Assembly: GCA_048213135.1 (NCBI GenBank)
Contig: PS015135.1
Location: forward strand, 56,641-111,611
Source of the DNA: Reclinomonas americana ATCC 50394
Lineage: Eukaryota
Length of the DNA: 54,971 bases
Direction of reading: 5' to 3'
In this document: positions 37,667 to 50,100 of the stretch, in pieces
Layout of the letters: every line of letters starts with the position of its first letter
Position numbering within the stretch: the stretch's first letter is position 1
Made by a program: the position numbers and the translations under genes
The notes under the pieces: model-generated
Database searches by the model: none
What the model saw: the letters and a program-made list of their open reading frames with translations, nothing else
What the model was told of the DNA's origin: nothing

Positions 37667-40600
37667 TCAGCGCATGGAAGCAAGAAAATTACCATCGTGT
37701 CCACCAACCCTCGCAGATGCCGGTGCTCGGGCGGATACGGTGGTGACGCCAGAGGGATTGAAGACGTCGAGGAGTCGGCAGAGGGTCGGGTGCAGCGTGA
37801 TGGGTTGCGGAACCGAGGCCGGCAGCAACTGGAAGGTGCGCGGAATGCTGCCGATCGGCGTCTGCGGTACCTCAAAGCGACCGCCGGGTGTCAACTCAAA
37901 CACGTCGCGATTGTCGCCGGCCTTGATGACTGCATCGCGTTTCTTTCCGTTGAACTCGCTGTGTGGTGGCTGGTAAATCAATGGTCGCGCAGGACGCATC
38001 GCAGCGCACGACGCAACGGTGTCTCCGGCAGCAATCCAAACAACTGGCGACGCGTAAGGAACTTGCACTGTTGCTTGATGAAGTCGGCAGAGGGACTTGG
38101 AGTTGTCAGCAACTCGGCGCACTGCGTCACGATGCGCATGAACTGCGGTCTGTGGTACCAACACAAAGGTGGGCACGACTCTCAAATTCCCTGATTGCTG
38201 GTGAGGTGAGGTGAGGCGCAACGGTGGAAGTCCAGGCAGCAGCGCTGTAAAGGCCCACTGGCAGTAAATGTTTACGCAGAGCTGCAGATTGGCGACCTGC
38301 TGCGGCTCTCTCCTGGTGTGCTTGCGCAGCAGCTCGTTGAAGAGCTCGGCCTGGATGCTATCCGACACATCGAGGATGAGCATGCTGCGCCACGTGTCGG
38401 AGATGCCATAGTTCTGGAACGCATTGATCAGGCCGTCCAGCGGATTGATCACCAGCGTCATTCTGTGTGCGTGTGTGTGTGGCGCGTGAGTGACAACAGG
38501 CAATCATGACGCACGCGAACATAGCCACTCAACTGTTCGTAGCCGTTGACACCAAAGAACGACTCGCACAACGGCACTTGAATGGACTGCCCCTCGCAAG
38601 CAAGCAATAAGACGGCTCGAACAAGAACCCCTCCAACCACTCCGGTGGCACGCACCTTCCACAACGCATTCATCGTGAACAAAAAGTTGCGCTTGCTCAG
38701 CTCCACCAGCGTGTACCGGAAGCGCGCCAGTCGTCGCCGCTCGTCAAACTTTGAGTTTCGTCGCCTCGTCGTGCTGCCACTGTCGTGCTCAAACTGCACC
38801 ACGGGGACGTACTCGGTGCGCAGCGTGTCCTTGGCCAGGTGCATTGGTACTCTGCAGGAGAGAGAGAGAGACACAGTGAGTGACAATGCGTGTACACGCA
38901 ACAATGCTCACCGCACTGCAAACCTCCACAGCGACGGATCGTTCGAGTACAGGTCGGACAACAGATCCTCATTCACGGCCTCGATGCGCTGTTCGCGCTC
39001 TTGCAGCAGGGCAAGGAACTGGAACGCAAAGCCGAGATGGTGAACTTGAATTTCGTGTGAGTCGCGATGTTTCTGTCGCAAGGCAAAGGATGAGTATAAC
39101 ACAACAACTAAAACAGAGCTTCTTGAGAAACAAGGCACACGCAACGAAGATCGAGAAGGCATACGCGTGAAGGAACTTTTCGAAAAAGTTGGTGTGCGGG
39201 TTGGCGATCAGATTGTGGCTGTAAATGTGCTGGATGATCAACGCCGCCGACGCCGCCGACACTGTTCATGTTGATTGCATCAGCAACTGAACTACCCACA
39301 CCCTCCCTTGCCGTCTCTCTCCTCCCTCTTCCTCGTCCCTGTCCTCTTCTGTCCTCGTCCATTTCCTCTCCTATTCTCTCTTTCTCTTCCTCTGCCCTTC
39401 GTCTCTGCTTTCCTCCTCCATTCTCCGTTCGGCTCTCCTCCGCACCTCTCTGTTCTCCTCTCTTTCCCCTCCCCTCCTTACCCCTCCCCTCCGATTACTC
39501 TTCTCCCCCTTCCCACTCTTGCCTCCCTTCCCTCCTTCTCCCTTTCTTGCTCACCAGAATGCGCATCGGGGCTGCCGATAAACGTGTGCGAGAACAAAAT
39601 GAGGTGATCCAGCAGGAAATTCTCCTCGTCCAGGCGCGTGCGCGCCTCCAGCTCAATCTCCGGATCCACTTCGAGGTCGTCGACGCGGTACAGCTCAGAG
39701 GGTGACATGGGCAATATAGACTCGTCGGCAGGAAGTGCATCGCCCGGCTCCGGAATACGCAGTCGCAGGTCGCCATCCTCGCCCTCCTCCGTCGCCATGT
39801 CGCCACTGTGCGCACGCACCAACTCTCGCAGCTTCGGCAGCGCCTTGAAATGCGTCGATCCATCTGGCAGTTTGTGCTTCAACACATCAAAGCGGAACTC
39901 GCCCGGTACCAAGGTGCGCGACAGGATGCCCCAGACGCCACCCAAGCACGCAGATGGACTCCCTGTGTGCAGGAAAATCAACAAACAGCACACACACAAG
40001 GTGTGCGCGCATGCCACCACTCACCCCACCACACCGAGGCCACCAGATGCCGTCCACCGTCGACCAGCTGGTCCATGATGCACAGTGTCAACGACTTCAC
40101 CGCCGACATGTCGCAGCCGGTGACCGAGTGCGACACAAACACAAAGTGCTCCGCCTCTTGCGGCAGCTCGTCCAGTTTGAGCGTGATGGCGGCCAGAGCA
40201 TCGTTGGTCTCGGCGACCAGCGACACTCCATCGACGGCAGTTCGATCCACCGCAAAGTTGATCACGCCTGCATGATCCCACCCGGTGAGGACAGCATACA
40301 ATTTCGGAACGACATCATCCAGACATTCGACGCACCAATCATCTCATTGGCGGCATTGAATACGACACAGCTGAGGTCGACATTCTCGCTGCCCCTCCAC
40401 TGCACCATGAACCGCAAGTGTGTTGTCGTGGCTCGCACGCGCATATGGTCGCCCTTCAGCAGGCACTTGCGCGTGTCGAACGGTTTCTGTCGGCGCATAT
40501 CCTTCAACGCGTCGTAGGCCACCTGCAGTCGCGTCTCCTCCTCCACGGCATGCGTAATGGGAGTCCCCAGCTGCTGCCAGTCGTCCACTGCACCCTTCAG

Positions 40601-42436
40601 CTTCTGCAACACTTTTTTCATCGCCTCGTCGCGCGAGTGCGCCGTGCGATCCACCACAGCTGTCGCCGCCCCAATGAGCAAATCAGCGCATGTATGGAAA
40701 CAATGTACATCCACACGCACCACTGGGCGAGCCCATCTCCGACAGCTCCCTCAACTCTGTGGCGAGTTTGTGCACCTGATCCTCGGCATCGGCAAGACGC
40801 CGATCCAGCGTTTCCCGCTTGGCCGCATCGGGGGCACCCGACAGCAGCTTGAGCGATTCGGCCAGCTGTCGCTTCTTGCTCTCCGCCGCCGCCAGCATCA
40901 CAAAGGCGTGCCCATACTGCTGTACAACTTGCAGGAGGCGCTCCTCGCGCTCCACCAACGCATCGTCCACGCCGTCCATGCCCATCTTGTCCTCCAAATT
41001 TGACAGCGACGTTCGCAAGCGAGCCAATTGCCGACCGATTTCCTGCTCTCGCTGTGTCAACAAATCCAGTTCGGCAATGGCGGCAATGGTGGCGTGTCGG
41101 CTGTTGCGTTCCTGCTCGGCAAACTGCTGTGCGAGGCTCTGCAGACTGCGATCGAGCCACTCATTGCGTTTTGTCAGCGCCTCCAGCAGCCAGTTGCGCT
41201 CGTCGCCCACCACCTGCAACGAGGTGAGCAAACGGAACGATGCATACACACACACATCACTGTGCCCACGCAACTCGAATCGACTCCTTGAACTCGGTAA
41301 ACTCGCGGCTCAATGAATCCTCCAACGCCCGCTCCTCGATGGTATGATGCCGCGACGACAGATCCATGCTGTGCACCAACTCGGACAGCTCCACGTGACT
41401 GTCGCGAATCTCACCCAGCTGGCGCGACATTTCCACCAGCGCCTCCTGCAGCACCGCGCACACGCGCAGTCACGCAAACGATCATCGCCACGGTCGTAGG
41501 CACACACACAAACCTGCATGTGCTGCCACAGATCGCGATCCTTGGAGAGCGCAAACCGCCGCTCCAGCGCCGCCGGCGACAACATCTCATGCGCCACACG
41601 CGCATTCTGCTCCATGGTGGCCAGCAAGTGTCGATTGATGCTGCTGAGTAATCGCGTACGCTCATTCAAGCGCCACGTCCCTCCCAGCAGCCCCGCCACC
41701 ACTTTTCTCTCCTGCGCCAGCTGCTCTCGCAACTTCTCCTGCTCATCGTCCAGGTGCGCATACAGCGTCACGCCGGCACCCGGAGAGTTGACGGGCGAGC
41801 CTTGTGTCGACGCCGAGCGACGAGGCGACAGAGGCAGACTGGCACCGCTGCCGCTGCTGCTGCCACTGGAAAGCACCTGCTCGCGTGGAAGGTGAATGAG
41901 AGAGAGGGAGAGGATGCGGTGAGAGTCACGCCACGCACCTTGCTATACACGCTCTCCACAAACGCGGCCTCGTCAGCCAGCTGCAACAGACGATCGAGGA
42001 AGCTCTGAAGACAGAGAGACAGAGAGAGAGAGAGACAACTCCTCGAGTGAGCACGACGCACTGAGTGTGTGAGAGACAGTTTGGGGAAAGACCTCGAGCT
42101 CTGCAGCACGCGTGGCATCCAGAATGCGCAGACGATCAACCTCCTCTCGCGCAGCCTGCAAAACAAACATGAGCTGATGCAATCACTCACACACACGCGA
42201 CCGACTGACCGTGATTCCGCGTTCCAGTCGCAGAGACACTGTCTCGGCCTTGACTGCGCGATCCATCAACACGCGTTCATCTCTCTGTGTGAGATGAAAG
42301 TGTGAGATGAAAGTGCGTCAGAGTGGACATGTCGCGTGTTTTCCTTTGTACGCACAGGCTCAGCGCGAATGGCCTCCTCCACTTGACCCTCCAGTGGACC
42401 TGCCACTTGCAGCAGATCGCCCAAGCGTCTTCTCAT
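37667..42436 (-). CDS. Large protein: coiled coil, TerD-like domain and Dilute (DIL)-like domain
   Basis: About 14 GT-AG introns give one continuous frame; TerD-like VQWRGSENVDLSCVVFN..ITLKLDELPQEAEHFVFV; DIL-like IQAELFNELL..IYCQW..IVTQCAELL..QCKFLTRRQLFGLL. Confidence 0.7.
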
Positions 42437-42587
42437 CGTTGCAGACAAGACGATGAGAAGGACACAAGGACGCGCGACTTCGTGCATAAAAAGGCCAAGC
42501 CTTTCATGATTCGATTGCTAAACAACGCCCGAAGACGAGAAAAAAACACATTATGAACATCTCTATGATCGTCAGATCCTTCCTACG

Positions 42588-44006
42588 CTATTCGTCAAAG
42601 GTGCCGGTGGCGGCCAGGATGGTGAACACCAGTGCAATGGTCATGTATCCGGAAGCCATGGCGACGAACCTGCACGCGTTGCAGATGAGTGGAGATGGGA
42701 GGGGAAAGCACCGGTGAGGTGCACGCAACTTCCATCCACGATGCTTGCTCGTGCCGCTAAAGGAATCGGAGATCTCCTGCAAGCCAAACGATGATGAATG
42801 AGATCGCGTTGGTGGTGCTCCGCTCGACACACACTCACCGCAGCGCCGACGTAGATAAAGGCACCAGAGGCCAGCGCCAGCAGCACGCCCTGCGTGGAGT
42901 CGCCCGAGAACGACGAGATGCCGAGGCCGACGGCCACACCGATCGGTGTCATCAGCGCAAACACGGTGAGGAGGAAGAAGTAGGGGCCGCGGGAGATGCC
43001 ACTGCCGATCCACTTGATGCCGACAGCGAAGGAGTCGAATGGCTGTCGTCGTCGCGGCCATGAGTGAGCGACAGGCAGAAAGGGAGTGAGTGCGAAGATC
43101 GGAGCGCATCACCTTGTGCGACACAATGGCCACGAAAATGGCCATCAACGAGCTCCACGAGTGCGACGTGCCAAACGCCAGCCCTGCGATCACCGAGTGC
43201 AGCGACAGTGCCGCCATGGTCATCAGCGCCGACATGGGGCTGTCCTTGCCATCGTTCGCATCATCGTCATCGGCGTCACTGCTCTGTGCCTTCTGATGCG
43301 CCCGCGCCACAGCATTCACCGGTCCATGCTCCGGATCTTGCGTAGGTGTCACACCCACTCGCACCGCGCCACTTGCCGTGATCGTGTCTGCGCCAGAGGT
43401 CTGCCCATTGATCAGCGGACTCGACTCGTCAGCACGCGCTGCGGCCTTTGGTGGCTCCCCATGATCCGGATGCGCAATGATCACGCGGTCGATGCAGAAG
43501 CTACAGTGGCAATGAGCAGCAGCCTGAGTGAGCAGCTGACTGACTGCGTGTACAACGCAACAAAATGTAGAACGCGAGACCGCACAAGAACTGCGCGAGC
43601 GGGAAGTTGCCGAGAGAGTTCGCCGAGAGTGGTGCCAGCAGCTCCACAGCATCCGGGTACACATCCATCAAGCCTACGTGGTAGTACGAAGTACGAGCGG
43701 AACAACAACAACATAAGGGAGAGAGAATGACTCCACGCGTCTCTCTCTGAGTGGCTCACCAATGGCCAAGATGACGCCCGCAGAGAAGCAAAAGCCAATG
43801 ACGAGTCGATGATGCGCGTGTGCCATGGAGCGAATGATCCAGGGGGCGACTCCCGCCAGAAAGGCCTCGACAAAGAAGAGAAACAGGAAGCCGATCTTCC
43901 AGTTGCGCAAACAGGAGCCCTGACAATCGTCGCCCGCAGAGGCAGCGGACACAGAGCTAATCATCGACATGAGCACGAGCACGAGCACGAGCAATGGTCT
44001 GCGCAT
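42588..44006 (-). CDS. ZIP (SLC39/ZRT-IRT) metal transporter with a signal peptide
   Basis: FSAGVILAIG; ALSLHSVIAGLAFG; AIVSHKPFDSFAVG; FALMTPIGVAVG; LALASGAFIYV; five introns. Confidence 0.92.
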
Positions 44007-44079
44007 GGTCAACAGAACGAGTGACAGATTGCACGTGGTGTCCTCTCGTCCTCTTCTTTGCTTGTTTGTTTGTGTGAGG

Positions 44080-45490
44080 ATGAGTGAGGAGGCTGTGCCT
44101 GTGCCACGTGTTGTGGCGGTTAAGGGACCGTTAGAGTTCCCTGTGCGTGAGGACGATGGGTTGGTGTATGAGACGTATCGAGGAGAGGAGGAGGACTTGC
44201 CGGCGATCAAGGCACTGATGGAGCCGAACTTGTCAGAGCCGTACTCAGTGAGTGAGAGAGACACGCACTGTAAAAGCAGGTCTGACTCTCATTCTGTGCT
44301 GCCTAGGTGTTCACGTACAGGTTCTTCTTGAATCAGTGGGCCAACTTGGCATTCATTGTTGCGCGCCTCAGTCTCTATGTGCGTGAGAGTTGCTGGTTTT
44401 TTTTTTGTTGATGGTGAGGTACTAGGTGCGTGACTCGACGTTGGGCATGGAGCCGGTGGGAGCGATTGTGTGCAAGTTGGATTACAAGCGGGATCGATTG
44501 CGCGGGTACATTGCCATGTTGGCGGTCAAGGCGAGTTCTCTTGTTCTTCTGTTGTTGTTGGGGTTGTTGAGCAGCTGCATTGGAGGATAGGGAGAAGGCC
44601 CTCTTGCTCTTGCGTGTCTGCTGTCTGAGGAGGCATGAAGCAGAGGACTTACGTCACATCTGCTTCTCGATTGTGCATGCATGTTGTCAAGTGGCCCTCT
44701 GTTCTCTCTTTCTCTCCCTCGTATTCCATCTTGCTGATGCTGCACCCGTCTTGTTGGTCCTCGGTCGTTCCTCTCTTCTCTGAGCAGGCATGGAGCAGAG
44801 TACCCGCATCACAACTGCTTCTCGATCATGAATAGTGTCATTCAGCACTCAGTTTCTCGCTGTTTAGCCTCCTGTGCCTTGTGTTGCCGCAGCAACCATG
44901 CATCGTCGATCCCTCGTGTGTCGTCTCATCTCAGAGCATTCACAGAGCAGAGGACTTGCGCCACAAATGCTTCTCCAACATGCATGTTGTCATTCGGCCT
45001 CGGTTCGCCCTCCTCCTCCTCCTCCTCTGCCTCCACCTCCTGTACCCTCCTGTTTGTGCTGCATCCTCCCTCATTGGTCCTCGGCCCTGCCTCCTGCTAT
45101 CGGCCCTGCCTCCTGCTTCCTCTGGGCATTCGCAGAGCAAGAGAATCAGCAACTTGTCACTCCCTCTGCCCTCTTCTTTCTGCTCCTTCTGTTTCCTCTG
45201 CCCCTTCCTCTTACCTCCCTTCTCCTTCCCCCCTCCTCCCTCCACCCCTCCCCCCTTCTCCTCCCTCGCAGGACTCACACCGAAAACGCGGCATCGGCAC
45301 CGCGCTGGCCAAGCGCGCCATCGGTCGCATGGTGCAGAACGGTGCCGACGAGGTGGTACTGGAGACCGAGGTCGGCAATCGCGGCGCACTCGCCCTCTAC
45401 GATGCACTCGGCTTTGTGCGACACAAGCGCCTCAGCAAGTACTACTTGTCGGGCACCGACGCCTTCCGCCTAAAGCTGTGGTTCACGTGA
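44080..45490 (+). CDS. NAA30: N-alpha-acetyltransferase 30 (NatC catalytic subunit, Mak3)
   Basis: [77 protein letters not shown]. Confidence 0.95.
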
Positions 45491-45697
45491 TTGTTTCAAC
45501 AGCCTCACAGCCCGCGAAATGAAACGATGCGCGGCTTTTATATGCAACGTGTAACCTTCTCTGCTGCATCACACGCTCCTGCTGCTGGTGGAGTGGTGCG
45601 AAGTCTGTCCGGTATGACCAATCACTCGCCGTTTACCACTCAATCGTACGTATGTCTGGGGAGAGTCCCTCTCCGCCCACCTCACCCGCCCATGCAG

Positions 45698-46981
45698 CCA
45701 TTCGTCGCAAAGCGGCTCTGCGCCAGGTCATCATGGAGACCATGAACACAGAGTTCGTCTTGCTCTTCTCTCTTCTCCCCCCTCTGACCAGCAAGTAACG
45801 TCTTGTTTGTTTTTGCACACAGGCCACACTATCGCGATGAGGACTCTCTGCCACTGGTGGTGGAGTTTCTGCGACAGAACTCGTTCTTTGAGCGGTTCGA
45901 CGACGAGGCGATGTGGGGATTGGCACGTGAGTCGATCTTGCGCACAGTGGAGGGTGGCGCGACAGGTGAGTCAGTCAGTCAGTCAACGACCTGCCTTCCT
46001 GTTGTGAGAGTCATGTTCATTGGGCGCGCGCGCAGTCATGTCAACGATCGGCGAGTCCGACTTCCTCTACGTGATCATGCGAGGAGCAGTGTGCGTGCAG
46101 ACCAAGGACAATCGCGGTTTCGATCGTGTGCTGTCGCTGCTTGAGCAGGGCGACTCGTTTGGCGATGTGACGAGCTTGAGGACGTTGCCTCCGTTGCGTA
46201 TACCTCTCTCCTTATCTTTGGCGCTCACTCGCGCGTGGCAACTCATCGCGACAACAGCAACTGCCACGTGATTCCGGTGCAAGAGACCGACTTGGTGCTG
46301 CTGGGTCGGCACACGGTGCAGCGGTATGTCACGGCGGTCCTTGAGGAGGAGACGGAGCGGCGAGCCGAGTTCCTGCGGCGGTTGGTGGTGCCGGTGTTGC
46401 GGACGTGCCCGGTGGACACGGTGTACCAGGTGGCGCGGGCGATGCATTCGCGATATGTGCGCGCCAACAAGGGTGCGCACGCAACCTCGCCACTCGCTCT
46501 TCTTTGTGTTCCACCAGCCCTCATCGCCTTCCCCCCCGCGATTGCAGTGCTGGTGCACCAGGGCGAGGAGGGCGATGTGCTCTTCTTCATAGTCTCTGGC
46601 GAGTGTCGCGTGATCATGGAGGTCGATATCCCGTCACGACCCGGCGTGCTGGAGGGTCCCGACGATCGGCCCACCAACAAGCACTTTTTGGAGACAGCGT
46701 CGCTGGTGGCGGGCGAGTATTTTGGCGAGTTGTCGGTGCTGCGGCAGGTGCCGCGGGCGGCGACGGTGGTCACCAACACGCCCGTGCGCCTGTATTGCTT
46801 GGCGCGTGTGGATTTCTTCAACTTGCTTCGCGACAGCGTCGTCGAGGACTTCAATCGGTACGCGGAGACGTACCCCACGCGTCAGCAGATCATCGATGCG
46901 TACTTGGAGATTCAGAGTTGGAACGAGAAGAAGCGCAGTGTGGTGCTCGGTGCGCTGGAGAAGCTCGTGCATGAGAGATGA
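45698..46981 (+). CDS. Protein with two cyclic-nucleotide-binding domains; start lies upstream near 45530 and is not resolved
   Basis: IGESDFLYVIMRGAVCV..QGDSFGD; HQGEEGDVLFFIVSGECRV..GEYFGELSVLRQVPRAATV. Confidence 0.85.
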
Positions 46982-47171
46982 GTAAAAAAAGCAAGCTCGT
47001 CACGCCATCTGCAAAAAGAGAGGAGTGCGGCAGCGCCGGGGTCAATTTGGAAGTTCGATGAAGGCGCTTGCCATGTGCCTCTCTCAGCTACGGAACAGTG
47101 TTGCCGGAGAGTCTATTTGTGTCCATTTCCGATCGGTCACGACGACTTGTGGGTCAACTAGTAGAATTTTT

Positions 47172-50100
47172 TCATTGTGGCGGCGGCGATGGTGGATCGG
47201 TGTGCGCCACCTCGTCGCACAGCAGGAATAGCACCTTGGACCGCGATATTCTCCAGTGGTCCAGCTCGAGCAGCTCACCCGTCAACGCCTTCACGTCGGC
47301 GGCACGTCCGAGTTGCTCGACGAAAATGTCGTACTCGATGTCGTCGATGCGGTTGGAGAGCTGGAAGCAGCGTTCGATGAAACGCTCGATGTTGAAGACG
47401 AGCGGCGTCGTCAAGTTGTGCCAGTCGGGAGCCAGGCGGATGGGAATCAGCGGCACGCCGTGCATGCGGGTCACGATGACCGAGACGCGCGCCAACGAAA
47501 CGTACCCGGTCGACAACTGTGCCCCCGGTTTTCCTTCTCAGCACACAAGCACATGAAGCACACTGACGTAGTGCCACTCATAGAATGCACCTCTTCGCCA
47601 TTGCCGACCGCATCGTAGCCGAGACCGACTTGAATGTCGTCCATCAGAGCCATGCACAGCAAAAAGGCGCTCAGTGGCCGAATGCCCCACGTGCCGGACA
47701 GCAGGCGAGCAAAGGTCTCCACGCGCAGGTCTTGCGAACGGTAGCGCTCAACCGTGGCAACAATCGTACGCGAGTATTGACCCACCAGGTGGCTGTCGCC
47801 ATAACGTTGCTGCAAAACGCATGTGTTATGGAGTGCATACACAAACTGACTCGCACACCCCCAATCGCCCACACCTTTAGGTTCTCCAACATAAACTCGC
47901 CCATGGTGGACCGATTGATAACATCGCGATCGGCCACCCGGTCGTGGTACATCTTGAAGTGATACGTCTCCTTGACGAAACGCAGTAGCCACTTTTTCGA
48001 ACGCGCCTGCGCAGCCTCGATGCCCTCGTTGGAGTACTTGAACGACTCGCGAGGACCCACCAGGGCACGCGACATGCGGCGTCCTCCTCCCGCATTCAAC
48101 AGCATGGTGCCGTAGTTTGCATCGTTGCCGTCCGGTCCGCCAATCAAATCGCCGACGCCCACACCCACGGCCATGAAATGCGCCTGCGAGGCAGGCATCG
48201 CGTCACCCAACGCGTGCATGCCGGTGGTGATTGTCGGTGCTCCACTTGCAGAGGCCATGATGGGCGCCGCCGCCGCCGCGGTGGAAAAGGCCGCCGTCGC
48301 GACAGCATTGGCCGTGGAGTCGGTGCTGGGAACCTTGGCCAGCGGTGAAATGCGACCGCCCGACAGCAGCAACTGCGGCTTGCTGGCCAGGCTCGTGGTG
48401 CTGCTGTGATGTCTGTCGATGGGCACCAGGAACGACGGCAGTGACGGAGCGTGACCTGCGGCGAAGTTGGTGAGAAGCCACAGGAAAATGGTGAGCTCTC
48501 TCACTCCTGTGCTCACCTAATCTGTTGGGAGACACGTCGCGATTCGCTGAGTGTTGCGACTGCTGCTGCTGCTGCTGTTGAGCTCCTGGCGAGCGCAGCA
48601 TGTGGGATTCCGACGCCTGGCCCGTGAACACCAGGCCGGCTGGACGAGTTGTTATCTCCGGCAGGCGCACCTGACTGACGTTGGGCATGGAGGTGCTGTT
48701 GCCACCCAGCGAATAGCTCGTGCGCAGAATGTCGGCCAGGGAGACACTGCGCACTTCCAGTGGTCGCAAGCTGTTGTCGGCGGCCACTCGATCGCGCATC
48801 GCACTCGAGTTGACAATCGTCTGCAAACAAGCAGAATGAGTCGATAACTCTTTGTGGGAAGTGTGACCCTTCACTCCACTCACCAGCGGCGACGGATGTG
48901 GCATAAAAGCACCCCTCATGTCCACCGAGCTGGCAGCCGACTGCAGACTGCGCCGATCATCAGGGATCTCCGACAACAGCCCATCACTGTGCAAGCGGGT
49001 CAGCGAAGCAATANNNNNNNNNNNNNNNNNNNNNNNNNNNNNNNNNNNNNNNNNNNNNNNNNNNNNNNNNNNNNNNNNNNNNNNNNNNNNNNNNNNNNNN
49101 NNNNNNNNNNNNNNNNNNNNNNNNNNNNNNNNNNNNNNNNNNNNNNNNNNNNNNNNNNNNNNNNNNNNNNNNNNNNNNNNNNNNNNNNNNNNNNNNNNNN
49201 NNNNNNNNNNNNNNNNNNNNNNNNNNNNNNNNNNNNNNNNNNNNNNNNNNNNNNNNNNNNNNNNNNNNNNNNNNNNNNNNNNNNNNNNNNNNNNNNNNNN
49301 NNNNNNNNNNNNNNNNNNNNNNNNNNNNNNNNNNNNNNNNNNNNNNNNNNNNNNNNNNNNNNNNNNNNNNNNNNNNNNNNNNNNNNNNNNNNNNNNNNNN
49401 NNNNNNNNNNNNNNNNNNNNNNNNNNNNNNNNNNNNNNNNNNNNNNNNNNNNNNNNNNNNNNNNNNNNNNNNNNNNNNNNNNTTGACCGAGCGCCGACGG
49501 CGGACCCGCGACCTGTGCCATCCTCGCCGCCGCAACACGTGCAGCAGGATAGTGGCGATGTCGCGGCATGGACCGACTCCACTGCTCCGGGACCACTGCA
49601 TGTGCACAACAGCTTGCGGCGTGCGAGCTCGCAGCCGGCAGCGGGGACACGTGTTCGTTTTGTGCAGCCTGAAGACGCGGTCGCGTCGGTGGAGGCCGCA
49701 ACCGATGGCTCGCCTCGAGCCTCGCCGCAACTGCCGCCACGCACGCCCACCGAGGTGTCGCAGGATGTGTTTGACCAGTTGCGGTCTCTGGAGCTGCAAC
49801 GGCAACTGGAGGCGGAGGCAGCGGCAGCAGTGGCGGCGGAGAGTGCGGCAGCGGAGGCGGCGCGCATGCCGGCCAGTGTGTCGGCGGAGGGCCCGTCTGG
49901 GGAGCGTCGTCTGCCACCAGCCAAGGCGGAGACGTGGAACCGCGGCGTGCAGACCAATGTCACCATGGCTTCCACCGCCGAGTTGCGTCGATGCGCGACC
50001 GGTGTTCCATCCTGNNNNNNNNNNNNNNNNNNNNNNNNNNNNNNNNNNNNNNNNNNNNNNNNNNNNNNNNNNNNNNNNNNNNNNNNNNNNNNNNNNNNNN

